The translations under genes were made by a program, and so were the position numbers. The notes beneath the pieces were generated by a model. The model was given only the letters and a program-made list of their open reading frames with translations. It was not told the origin of the DNA and did no database searches. Below, in pieces: positions 48,343-56,938 of a DNA stretch of 64,000 nucleotides. The stretch spans positions 1,400 to 65,399 of IMG/VR virus record IMGVR_UViG_3300046461_000177; one strand, given 5' to 3'. The DNA is from a virus. Lineage: Duplodnaviria > Caudoviricetes. The first letter of the stretch is position 1. Each line of letters begins with the position of its first letter.

Positions 48343-49451
48343 TGCTCAAAGCCTCAGCCCTGATGCAGGAGGCGGCTCGGTTCTCCCGAACCCTGTCGTC
48401 CCGCGTGGACATCTACTCCGGCACGAAGATCCTGTACCAGAACGTGCCGGTTACCACCGGCCAGCTCGTTGCGGACCGTGGCAGTTCTACCCGCCTCAAC
48501 TGCAACGTCACCCTGGCTCTGCAGCGGAATGAGGGTCAGGACATCAACGTCCAGAAGTGCCGATTCAAGGCGTACCGGGGGATCGAGTCCATCGGGGTCG
48601 CCGAGCGCTTCCAGATGGGCGAGTTCCGGGTGGATGAGTTGACTCGGGATGAGACCGGCGTCATCCAGTTGACCGGTGCCGGCCTGGAGTCCTACGTCAT
48701 CGACGCCCGGTTCATCCGGCCGCGGACACCACCCAAGGGCACGTCCACCATCGCCTTCATCGTCACACTGATTCAGGAGGCGCTGCCGTCGGTTCCGATC
48801 CGGATCCTGGCAACGACGGACCGGCTCATCACCGCGACGGCGCCGTGGGATTCGGAGCGCTGGGATGCAATCACAGCCCTGGCGGATTCGGTCAATGCCG
48901 AGGTCTTCTGCAACGCCAATGGTGAGTTCGTCATCGCCGACGCGCCGGACCTGGTGAACCAGGCACCGGTCTACCTGATCAACGAGGGTGACGAGGGTGT
49001 GCTGATCCACCGCAAGACCAAGGACACCCGTGACCAGGTCTACAACGCCGTGTCGTCGTCCGGGTCATCGTCGGACCCGAACGTGCTGCCGGTGTGGGGC
49101 TGGGCCTACGACAATGATCCGACGTCGCCGACGTACTACTTCGCCGACCCGCTGCAGGGCGGGTTCGGTCAGGTGCCGCGCTTCTACGAGTCCCAGTTTT
49201 TCAACACCGACGCCCAGGCTCAGCGCGTCGCGAACAACCTGCTCGCGCAGTCATTGGCGGCGAACTCCACGATCACGTTCAACACGGTCCCACTGGGCTT
49301 CCTGGAGGTCGGTGACACGGTGACGGTGGAACTGATCGATGCCACCTACGAGAATCACCTGATCCAGAAGTCCACGGTCACGCTGGAGATCGACGGTGAC
49401 ATGGCCGTCGAAACCCTGTCTTCCAAGGTGATTGCACGGGCGGTGCTCTGA
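48342..49451 (+). CDS. Minor tail / baseplate hub (DUF5047-like)
   Basis: RWDAI..LA, YNAV, FG.VPRFY.S, LEVGD. Confidence 0.8.
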   Translation: MLKASALMQEAARFSRTLSSRVDIYSGTKILYQNVPVTTGQLVADRGSSTRLNCNVTLALQRNEGQDINVQKCRFKAYRGIESIGVAERFQMGEFRVDELTRDETGVIQLTGAGLESYVIDARFIRPRTPPKGTSTIAFIVTLIQEALPSVPIRILATTDRLITATAPWDSERWDAITALADSVNAEVFCNANGEFVIADAPDLVNQAPVYLINEGDEGVLIHRKTKDTRDQVYNAVSSSGSSSDPNVLPVWGWAYDNDPTSPTYYFADPLQGGFGQVPRFYESQFFNTDAQAQRVANNLLAQSLAANSTITFNTVPLGFLEVGDTVTVELIDATYENHLIQKSTVTLEIDGDMAVETLSSKVIARAVL

Positions 49452-50125
49452 TGGATCTGGCAGCGGCACTGGTGGTCGACCCCGGCGTGAAGTGGATCAT
49501 CGGGAGAGTTACCGCCATCACCGGCGAGACATTGACGATGGTTTATCGCGGCGGCCTCGTTACCAACGTCGGCGTCATGGACCAGTACACCCCGAAGGTC
49601 GGCGACGTCGTCCACGTCCTGTCCTCCGACACCAACGGCATGATCGCACTGGGCTCGAACACCCAGACCACGACACCGCCAGTGACGCCGGCACCTCGCG
49701 CGCCGGTGACTGTGGCCTCGACGTCAGTTGCCACGTATACCCTCTCGACCGGAACCTGGCAGACCGGGTCGCTGATCGAGTCACCTGATCAGGTCGGCTG
49801 CTGGTTCTATCCGGGCATGGCCACCACGCCCGGCGCGGGTATCCAGCCGTTGGCGTCGCTGTCGATCCGGGTCACGGCGCAGACTGCGACCCCACTGGAG
49901 TTCGTCCTGCACGCCTCCGCCGACCCCACGGGCGTCCTCGTGACCACCGGCTCGTACCGCATCGCCGCGCCGCCATTACTGACACCCACCGACGTGCGAC
50001 TCCCCCTGGAATGGGCGCCGCTGCTGATCCGTGGCCAGGCGCTCGGGGTCGGCGTCGGCGGGGGAGACTACACCGCCATCTTTACCGGCAGTTCCGGTTT
50101 GTTGACCTTTACACCGCTGACGTAG
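49451..50125 (+). CDS. Minor tail protein
   Basis: YTPKVGDVV.VL OB-like motif. Confidence 0.7.
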   Translation: MDLAAALVVDPGVKWIIGRVTAITGETLTMVYRGGLVTNVGVMDQYTPKVGDVVHVLSSDTNGMIALGSNTQTTTPPVTPAPRAPVTVASTSVATYTLSTGTWQTGSLIESPDQVGCWFYPGMATTPGAGIQPLASLSIRVTAQTATPLEFVLHASADPTGVLVTTGSYRIAAPPLLTPTDVRLPLEWAPLLIRGQALGVGVGGGDYTAIFTGSSGLLTFTPLT

Positions 50126-50157
50126 TCCATGCTTGACCGAGAACAAGGGAGATCGTA

Positions 50158-50937
50158 GTGAAGCTACTCGATGCGGCGACGGTGAACCCGCAGGACCGCA
50201 TGGCCAACCACTGGCAGATGGGCTACAAAGGCGTCTCCCGGGAGTGCGCCGTCTCGGTGGAGCTGCAGGTCCCCTGCCCACCGGACTCGTCCACCGCGGC
50301 CTGGGATGCGACGGTGACGCCACTGATCGGCACCGTCACCTCCACCAAGACGCAGTACGACGTCACGCCCGTGCCGATCCGGTACTACCTCCGACAGTCG
50401 GTCTCCTGTGAGCAGGACGACGACAAGGATTGGTTCACCGAGGCGGTCATCGCTAAGACGGACTACGCCGTGAGTCGGGCACTGGTCATGGAGACCCCCA
50501 CCGGGGCGGACACCTGGGTCGGCGCGGCGGGGGTGCAGTCCGTATCACTGGCTGGCAATACGGCGGCGAACTGGAGGACCGCGGTCGCCGCGGCGCGGAA
50601 GCTCTGGGTGCACTCGGTGGTCTCCCGCAACGAACACCCGATCCTGCACGTGCCGCCGCTGCTGGCTGGCGATCTCCTCGGCGCTGGCCTGCTGCAGATC
50701 AACGGACCGGAGGAGGTCGACTCGATCTGGGGCGACAGGGTCGTCATCTCCGACGGCTATGACGACCCGGCCACGCCGCATGTGTTTTTCACGGGCGAGA
50801 TCATCGTCCGGCTGTCCGAATTGGACGAGGAGGGTGGCGTCGGGTACGACCACCGGATCAACGAGTACAGCCTAGAGGCACACCGTTGGGCCGCGATCGA
50901 CCTGGCACCGTGCGCGATCGTGCGAGTTGGTGCGTGA
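50158..50937 (+). CDS. Probable capsid pentamer / second capsid protein
   Basis: LLDAAT...W..G......C, ILHVPP, WGD.VV...GY, TG.I.V pattern recalled from cluster-B pentamer proteins. Confidence 0.55.
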   Translation: MKLLDAATVNPQDRMANHWQMGYKGVSRECAVSVELQVPCPPDSSTAAWDATVTPLIGTVTSTKTQYDVTPVPIRYYLRQSVSCEQDDDKDWFTEAVIAKTDYAVSRALVMETPTGADTWVGAAGVQSVSLAGNTAANWRTAVAAARKLWVHSVVSRNEHPILHVPPLLAGDLLGAGLLQINGPEEVDSIWGDRVVISDGYDDPATPHVFFTGEIIVRLSELDEEGGVGYDHRINEYSLEAHRWAAIDLAPCAIVRVGA

Positions 50938-51191
50938 TGGAAACCATCACCGAAATTATCCCTCGCGAACCGACTGTGCCGGACCGGCCTCTGGACGACG
51001 CGATTCTCGCCTACCTGGCCGACGGCGAGGCGCGGGAGCTGCAACAGATCACCAAGGCCGTCGGCGGCACCACGCACAACGTGCACGCTCGCGCGCAGTC
51101 CCTGGTGAAGCGCGGCCTGCTCGCCTGGCATCGGAACCCCGTCGTCCAGCGCGGGCCGGGAGCCTCCACCTACCAGCTTGCGGAGCGCTGA
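50937..51191 (+). CDS. Winged-helix DNA-binding protein
   Basis: IL.YL...I.KAVG....V....LVKRGL....Y. Confidence 0.65.
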   Translation: METITEIIPREPTVPDRPLDDAILAYLADGEARELQQITKAVGGTTHNVHARAQSLVKRGLLAWHRNPVVQRGPGASTYQLAER

Positions 51192-51194
51192 GTC

Positions 51195-51734
51195 ATGGAC
51201 ACCTCAGTTTTGCTCCGACAGGCCCGCGACGGCGAACATGACTTGCAATTCATGGCCGCCGTGCTCAGCGCCACCACCACCGCCCGGCCCGGGGCGCCCC
51301 GCTGGACCGAGCTGACCGTCTACCGACTACCCCTGGCCGGCGAGACCGCAGAGCCGCGCGGTGGGTATGTCGTCAGCAAGGTAGGGCGATCCCTAGTTGC
51401 CCACCGAGCGGCCAGTCAGTGCGCGCGTGGCCGGATCCTCGACTCCGTCGGCGATGGCCTGCGGGACGACCTGGACTGGGTCGCCTGTCTGAACTGCCGT
51501 CCGAATCTCAGTGACCCGTCCACGGTCCTGGAGACCACCCGGTGCCAGGTGCTGCAGGCCCGCACGGCTGCGGACCTCATCCAGGTACTGCTCCGCGGCC
51601 GACCCGGTAGTCCTGCGGCGGTCAGCATTACCGGCATCGTCGCCGAGACCATCACCCAGGTCCGCCGGGCCGATGCCGACTTTGACAGCTACTGCGGAAC
51701 GCACCTGGCGCCGCACAAGGGAGTGAATGCCTGA
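51195..51734 (+). CDS. Hypothetical phage protein
   Basis: RWTEL.VYR...YVV..VGRS, C..C.P. Confidence 0.6.
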   Translation: MDTSVLLRQARDGEHDLQFMAAVLSATTTARPGAPRWTELTVYRLPLAGETAEPRGGYVVSKVGRSLVAHRAASQCARGRILDSVGDGLRDDLDWVACLNCRPNLSDPSTVLETTRCQVLQARTAADLIQVLLRGRPGSPAAVSITGIVAETITQVRRADADFDSYCGTHLAPHKGVNA

Positions 51735-52261
51735 TGGGCGCAACACCGAACCTCGGCCTCCCATGGCCGGAACTGCCGACCCAGGCCGACGGCCCTGCAG
51801 CGTTCCAGGCACTGGCCACGGCCACCGAGAACAAGATGACCACCTTCATTACCCGGTCATCGTGGAACAGTGACATCGGCGTCGCCGCCCCGCCTGGCAC
51901 GCAAGTAGCTCTATTCAATCAGGACACTGCGGCGGCGGCCATTGGTTGGTGCTGGATAGACGTGCAGGTAAACATCACCGTGGGCGACCCGGCCGCCGGT
52001 GGGGGGATTCCTAACGTTGGAGGGGTGCTTATCATCTCTGGACAGAATCTGAGTCAGGAGTTGCGCCGGTTTAGATGGCATAGCAACCACCGTTCATGGA
52101 TCTTCTCGGCGGGCGGCGGTTGTGCCATGGCCCTGCCCGCCAGTGTCAGCGTCATCAATATCCAGGTCATTATGGTCGTCGATAGCGGCAGTGCTCCTAC
52201 CGGTGCACAGGGGGTTCAATACAACGTTGGATTGACCCAGTTCGGCGCCGCACGCGGCTAA
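51734..52261 (+). CDS. Minor tail / receptor-binding protein
   Basis: MG.TPNLGLP.P.....D.P..FQALA N-terminus typical of actinophage tail tip proteins. Confidence 0.7.
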   Translation: MGATPNLGLPWPELPTQADGPAAFQALATATENKMTTFITRSSWNSDIGVAAPPGTQVALFNQDTAAAAIGWCWIDVQVNITVGDPAAGGGIPNVGGVLIISGQNLSQELRRFRWHSNHRSWIFSAGGGCAMALPASVSVINIQVIMVVDSGSAPTGAQGVQYNVGLTQFGAARG

Positions 52262-52413
52262 GATGCGTCCGACTGGGTGACGTGGGGAATACTGGTTCCA
52301 CTAGGCAACACCCGAAACTCCACTAGCCGGGAGTGGGCGAGCCGCAGGGGCCGGAACATGATCGGTGCTTTGAGACCCGCCCGCAACGACGCCGGGGGGG
52401 CCGGTGGTGACTC

Positions 52414-52710
52414 GTGATGATGGCGCGACGCAAGCCGACGTTCACTGAGGTCCGGACCGCCCTGCTGTTCGTGGGCGGATTGGCCGGGGTGGGTTATGTG
52501 ACGTTGATCGATCAGACCGATCGACCGACGCTGTTGATTCTGTTCGGTGCGATGATGGGCCTGCCGCTATTCCTGCGCTCGGACGAGAAGCATCCGCCGC
52601 CGGTCATCGCGGTCCCTCCCCCGCCGCAGATCCTTCCGCAGCCGGGTGACCCCTCCAACTCGCCGTCGTCGCCGGGACAATCCACGTCCACCCCGGCAGG
52701 CGGCCCATGA
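52414..52710 (+). CDS. Two-TM membrane protein (holin-like)
   Basis: LLF.GGL.G...RPTLLILFGAMMGLP. Confidence 0.6.
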   Translation: MMMARRKPTFTEVRTALLFVGGLAGVGYVTLIDQTDRPTLLILFGAMMGLPLFLRSDEKHPPPVIAVPPPPQILPQPGDPSNSPSSPGQSTSTPAGGP

Positions 52711-52991
52711 CAGTCCGACACCAAGCGCACCGCGCGTGCGTCATCATTCGCGCATACCCGGAATCCTCGTTCTGGCTGATGACCTGTGCCACGCTGGCGG
52801 CAGGACTGGAGCGGAATCTCTGGACACTGGTTCCGCTCCTGGTAATTCAGTTCGTCACCGTGCTGCATGTGGTGCGGCGAATGTGGGCACCACCAATCGT
52901 GATCACAGTGCACCCCAAGAGCGGCCAGATCATCCTCCCGCCGCAGCCCAAGGCTCCAGAGATCGAGAGGCATCGACATGCCCGACATTGA
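52707..52991 (+). CDS. Membrane protein
   Basis: Hydrophobic core, coupled. Confidence 0.5.
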   Translation: MTVRHQAHRACVIIRAYPESSFWLMTCATLAAGLERNLWTLVPLLVIQFVTVLHVVRRMWAPPIVITVHPKSGQIILPPQPKAPEIERHRHARH

Positions 52992-53415
52992 GGGTCACGC
53001 GGATCCGGCACTGGCCGAGGCGGTGATCGCGGACAAGGCCATCAGTCAGACAGCGAAGGGCGCTGAGCCCACTGAGGGTGACCTGGCGGCGTTCCGGGCC
53101 GAGTACTACGACCGACACAAGGCCGGGCAGCGGCGGGACCGCCAACTGATGTTCGTGTTTGCCCTCCTCGTGGCCGCCTTTGTCCTGCTGGCCTACCGGA
53201 CGGAGTCGACCGACGCCAGGCTCTCGAATGGGTTCTACGACGCCTGTGTGAAGCGGAACGACACCTCGACGGCGATCAACCAGGTGCGGCAGGTGTTCAT
53301 CGACCGGATCGCCCAGGGCGCCGGCGGACAGACTCCTGACGGCAAGGTCGCCATCGCCCAGTTGCAGTCATTCCTGCAGCCCCTGGAGGACTGCGGACAG
53401 GACCCGCGGCAATGA
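52978..53415 (+). CDS. Single-TM protein, Cys-pair paralog 1
   Basis: TM, YDACVKRN, C-terminal C. Confidence 0.65.
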   Translation: MPDIEGHADPALAEAVIADKAISQTAKGAEPTEGDLAAFRAEYYDRHKAGQRRDRQLMFVFALLVAAFVLLAYRTESTDARLSNGFYDACVKRNDTSTAINQVRQVFIDRIAQGAGGQTPDGKVAIAQLQSFLQPLEDCGQDPRQ

Positions 53416-53732
53416 GTGGCGACAGCAGGGCCGAGGAGACCATCCCCTGGCACGACCCGGAGCACCCGGCCGTGAAGTATGAGCGGCGCCGCAAGGTCGA
53501 CCGCGAGTTGAAGCGACTGCGCCAGCAGTTCATTTTCCTGTTCGTCCTGCTGGTCGCCAGCATGGTGCTGGTGACCATCAGCCAGCAGTTGAACGCCAAC
53601 CGTATCGAATACGCCCGGTACGACCTCTGTATCCAGCGGCAGGCCGAGATCGAGGCATACAACCAGCAGAACCAGGGGAAGGTGCCCCCATTTCCGGTGG
53701 CCTCATGCGGTGCAGACCCCCGAACGGACTAG
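53412..53732 (+). CDS. Single-TM protein, Cys-pair paralog 2
   Basis: TM, YDLCIQRQ, C-terminal C. Confidence 0.65.
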   Translation: MSGDSRAEETIPWHDPEHPAVKYERRRKVDRELKRLRQQFIFLFVLLVASMVLVTISQQLNANRIEYARYDLCIQRQAEIEAYNQQNQGKVPPFPVASCGADPRTD

Positions 53733-53734
53733 CC

Positions 53735-54145
53735 ATGGCCGACGCGAGCGCCGAAACGTTCCACGTCCACGGGAAAACCCCCGTGGCGGTCGAGGTCGAG
53801 CACATCATGGACGAGCGGGCACGTCACTTCGAGGCGCGCTGGGATAAGCGGACAACCACCGTGAACCGGCGGCTGCTGTTCCTGTTCATCGTGATGTTCT
53901 CGGCCATCGGGTACTTCGCCTACCGCGGTGAGCAGGCCGACGATCGGATCAAGACCGACGCCTACGAGACCTGCAAGGCCCGCGTCGAGCAGCTCAACGC
54001 CTACAACCAGGCCATGCCAGCGGCCATCGCCCAGATCGTCAACTCCGCGAACCCCGGCATGGACGGCGCCAGCCAGACCCAACTCGTGGCGGCGCTCACC
54101 CTGCAGCTACAGGTGCCACCACCGGTCTGCGTGGCCCCGTCATGA
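53735..54145 (+). CDS. Single-TM protein, Cys-pair paralog 3
   Basis: TM, YETCKARV, C-terminal C. Confidence 0.65.
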   Translation: MADASAETFHVHGKTPVAVEVEHIMDERARHFEARWDKRTTTVNRRLLFLFIVMFSAIGYFAYRGEQADDRIKTDAYETCKARVEQLNAYNQAMPAAIAQIVNSANPGMDGASQTQLVAALTLQLQVPPPVCVAPS

Positions 54146-54420
54146 AGATATGGACGCCGGAGGTCAGCCCGCTGGTCATGCGCCGGTTCAACGGCTTCTC
54201 GGTCATCTTCTGGATCGTCATGACGCCGGTCTCGATCCTCACCGGCTGGTCCCAGTCGGTCACGTTCGTGACGCTGCTGTCGACCTGGGCTCTGGTCATG
54301 TCCTCCCTGGGCGCCTGGCAGTCGTCCCGTGTCGAGGTCGAGATGGGCGACTCCGACGTGGCCAGCGAGGTCGTGGAGGCCATCGTGGAGAAAACCGAGA
54401 TCAACCCAGGGACGACCTGA
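54142..54420 (+). CDS. Two-TM membrane protein
   Basis: W..SV.FV..LS.WALV motif. Confidence 0.65.
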   Translation: MKIWTPEVSPLVMRRFNGFSVIFWIVMTPVSILTGWSQSVTFVTLLSTWALVMSSLGAWQSSRVEVEMGDSDVASEVVEAIVEKTEINPGTT

Positions 54421-54809
54421 TGGATGACTACGAACGCAGGTTCATTCCTTCGAGGATCATCGACGGTGACACGATCACGACGGATCTGGTCGACCTGGGC
54501 TACCACCAGGCCGCCTACAAGGGCATCGAGTACCGCCTCCATGGACTGAACTGTCCGGAGAAGAATCGGGCCGCTACGAAGGCGGCCGGCATGGCTGCGA
54601 AGGCGTTCACCGCAGCCTGGTGCAAGGAACACCTGCACGGCGGCAAGTATCTCGTCGCCCGGACCGTCAAGGTGCCCGGCGAGGATGGCGCCCTGACGCT
54701 GACCGACTCGTTCGGTCGGTATATCGCCACCATCCTGTGCACCGAGGGGCATGAGCTGAACCAGGCCCTGATCGATTCCGGCAACGCGGTCGTGAAGGAC
54801 TACGGGTGA
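54420..54809 (+). CDS. Thermonuclease (SNase-like)
   Basis: IIDGDTI, VDLG, RLHGLNCPE, DSFGRYIA, LNQALI..G.A. Confidence 0.85.
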   Translation: MDDYERRFIPSRIIDGDTITTDLVDLGYHQAAYKGIEYRLHGLNCPEKNRAATKAAGMAAKAFTAAWCKEHLHGGKYLVARTVKVPGEDGALTLTDSFGRYIATILCTEGHELNQALIDSGNAVVKDYG

Positions 54810-55024
54810 CCGGGCACGTCTACCTGTCGACGGCCTGCTGGCACGCGGCCATCGCGGAGGACCAGGAGGTCATCGACGCCTTTCATGCAAGGTGTCGAGC
54901 CTCTTGCAAGTTCTGCCATGCACCCTGCTACTGCGACTGTCACGGCCGGGAACGACGGGAGGCGACCATCCCCCGTCCGGCGCCGCGCGGCGTTACAGTA
55001 GCTACCGAGGGTCAACCCAAGTAA
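54806..55024 (+). CDS. Small Cys/His-rich protein
   Basis: H.YLSTAC.H...CKFC.APC.C.CH. Confidence 0.6.
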   Translation: MTGHVYLSTACWHAAIAEDQEVIDAFHARCRASCKFCHAPCYCDCHGRERREATIPRPAPRGVTVATEGQPK

Positions 55025-55040
55025 CCCGTTGGAGTCAACA

Positions 55041-55235
55041 GTGACGAACATCCTGCCGCCGGACGTGTCGGCGGCCATTCGGGACAAGCTCGTCCCCGGC
55101 TATGAGACCGACCCCAGCGCCGTCGGCGTCAATCGGGAGGTCGCCCCCGAGGCTGTCGATGACAGGTCGTGGACCGAGGTTCACAACCTCACCGAGGACG
55201 ACGTCGCTGAGCTGACCGGGGAGCAGGTCTCGTGA
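55041..55235 (+). CDS. Small acidic protein
   Basis: RBS GGAG, GTGA coupling to lysin. Confidence 0.5.
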   Translation: MTNILPPDVSAAIRDKLVPGYETDPSAVGVNREVAPEAVDDRSWTEVHNLTEDDVAELTGEQVS

Positions 55236-55831
55236 TCTTGCCCAGCGGGGCCTCGACAACGGACTACAGCCGCCTTGCCAACTCCAAGGGATGGGGTTCG
55301 GGATGGCCCGCCTGCGGTGGCATGGCGGGCAATATCGTCCAGGTCAAGCTGTCTCGATCCGGCACGAGCATCGCCGGTGGCGTGCACCGCGGCATCGCGG
55401 AATTGTTCACGCTGATCGGCAATGAGATCGAGCGACGCGGCTATATGTTCCATCCCGGCTGGTGTTGGGGCGCGGAGTGCAGAGCCATCTCTGGATCGAA
55501 CACTCCGAGCAACCATTCCTGGGGCCTCGCGGTCGACATCAACGCGCCGAACAATCCGTACACGAGCAGTGGTGTCCATGACATTCCCGACTGGGCCTAT
55601 AACCTGTTCCGCTCTTACGGATTCGGCTGCGGCGCAGACTATTCCGGCAAGAAAGACTGGATGCATGTCGAGGCGCTCGGGACGCCGTCCGACATGGCCA
55701 TCATGACCAGCCTGGCCCGCCAGAACCTTGCGGGCGGCGGCCCAGTCGTCGTGCCGCCGGACCCCAGCAAGCCGCCCGTTGTCGTCCCCTCTGGGCACCC
55801 GTTCCTCAACCAACTCTTGCACTGGAGCTGA
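55232..55831 (+). CDS. Endolysin, M15 family peptidase
   Basis: R.I.GS..PSNHSWGLAVDIN, DWMHVE. Confidence 0.85.
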   Translation: MILPSGASTTDYSRLANSKGWGSGWPACGGMAGNIVQVKLSRSGTSIAGGVHRGIAELFTLIGNEIERRGYMFHPGWCWGAECRAISGSNTPSNHSWGLAVDINAPNNPYTSSGVHDIPDWAYNLFRSYGFGCGADYSGKKDWMHVEALGTPSDMAIMTSLARQNLAGGGPVVVPPDPSKPPVVVPSGHPFLNQLLHWS

Positions 55832-55837
55832 TCGACA

Positions 55838-56359
55838 ATGGCAGACAACGTCGTTATCTACTACGTCGGATGGCACGGCACCATCTATGAATGCAACCTC
55901 CTCAGTGGCACCTACTGGGGGGTCCCCAGCATGGACCGGCTCGGAGCGCGACGGCGGGCTCTGGACTGGGCAGGCATCCCCTGGAAGGACTGGCCGCACG
56001 GTGAGCCAGCGAACATGGACGAGTTCGGTGTTGAGCTGCTCATCGGCAACTCCCGTGGCGTCGGGAACGGTGTCAACCGAATCCTGTTCGGCGGCGGCAG
56101 AGCAGACGGCGGGGATCGGCTCGGGGACCTCTGGGGCCAGGGCGGGGACATCTCCGGCAAGCTGGACCGCATCCTCAGTGCCCTACAAGTGCCCGTTCCG
56201 CCGCCGCCCGCACCACCGACGTACACCGTCAAGGCCGGCGACTCTCTCGGTGCCATTGCGAAAGCCACAGGGCACACCGTCCAGGAGCTGCAGACCTGGA
56301 ACAACATCGCTGACCCGAACAACATCTCCATCGGTCAGGTCTTGAAACTCACCCCTTGA
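55838..56359 (+). CDS. LysM-domain cell-wall-binding protein
   Basis: YTVKAGDSLGAIA......EL..WNNI.DPN.I.IGQVL. Confidence 0.85.
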   Translation: MADNVVIYYVGWHGTIYECNLLSGTYWGVPSMDRLGARRRALDWAGIPWKDWPHGEPANMDEFGVELLIGNSRGVGNGVNRILFGGGRADGGDRLGDLWGQGGDISGKLDRILSALQVPVPPPPAPPTYTVKAGDSLGAIAKATGHTVQELQTWNNIADPNNISIGQVLKLTP

Positions 56360-56892
56360 CGACCCCGGTAGCCGACAAGCGTGATGACTACCGGGGTGAG
56401 ATCGATCGGGCCGTCGAACAGTTCGGCGCCGACCGCCAGTGGTCGGCCGCGCAACTCGCGAAGGCGAAACGGATTTGCTATCGCGTAGTATTCACGGAGA
56501 GTGACTTTCGTAACCTTGCTAACAAGTCAGTACCCGAGTCGATCAAGGTCATCCCGAACGACGGCTACGGCAAGGATCTGGACAGCACAGGGCTCTACCA
56601 ACAGCGTGAATCCCAAGGCTGGGGAACGGTTATCGGGTCCATGGATCCGTTCACCGCGACCGTCCGATTCCTGACCGAGATGTTGAAATACGCGCCGAAC
56701 TGGCTAACGGACAACGAGTCCAGTAGCGCGCAGCGGGTCCAGCGGTCACAGTTCGATGCCGTGCGCATCGATCCGGCCACCGGACTGCCGTACCCCTTTG
56801 GCGCGAACTACCAGGCCCGCAGTGCCCAGGTCGACGCCCTCGAAGCCGATCGCCTCTTCTTTCAACACGGCGCGAAAGTAGGCGGTGCGTGA
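56356..56892 (+). CDS. Lysozyme/transglycosylase-like lysin domain
   Basis: TES..RNLAN..VPES, DS.GLYQQR..GWG, MDP..A...F, QRVQRS. Confidence 0.75.
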   Translation: MTTPVADKRDDYRGEIDRAVEQFGADRQWSAAQLAKAKRICYRVVFTESDFRNLANKSVPESIKVIPNDGYGKDLDSTGLYQQRESQGWGTVIGSMDPFTATVRFLTEMLKYAPNWLTDNESSSAQRVQRSQFDAVRIDPATGLPYPFGANYQARSAQVDALEADRLFFQHGAKVGGA

Positions 56893-56938
56893 ACGCCCGA
56901 TCACCGGTACGGTTTACCTCGACGGCCGGAGGGTACTG

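Noticed and set aside
51734-52413. Diversity-generating retroelement target
   Set aside because: No reverse transcriptase and no TR/VR repeat pair seen in the window.
52262-52413. Possible structured RNA or riboswitch in the intergenic gap
   Set aside because: No recognisable riboswitch or tRNA consensus by eye; needs an Infernal/Rfam search.
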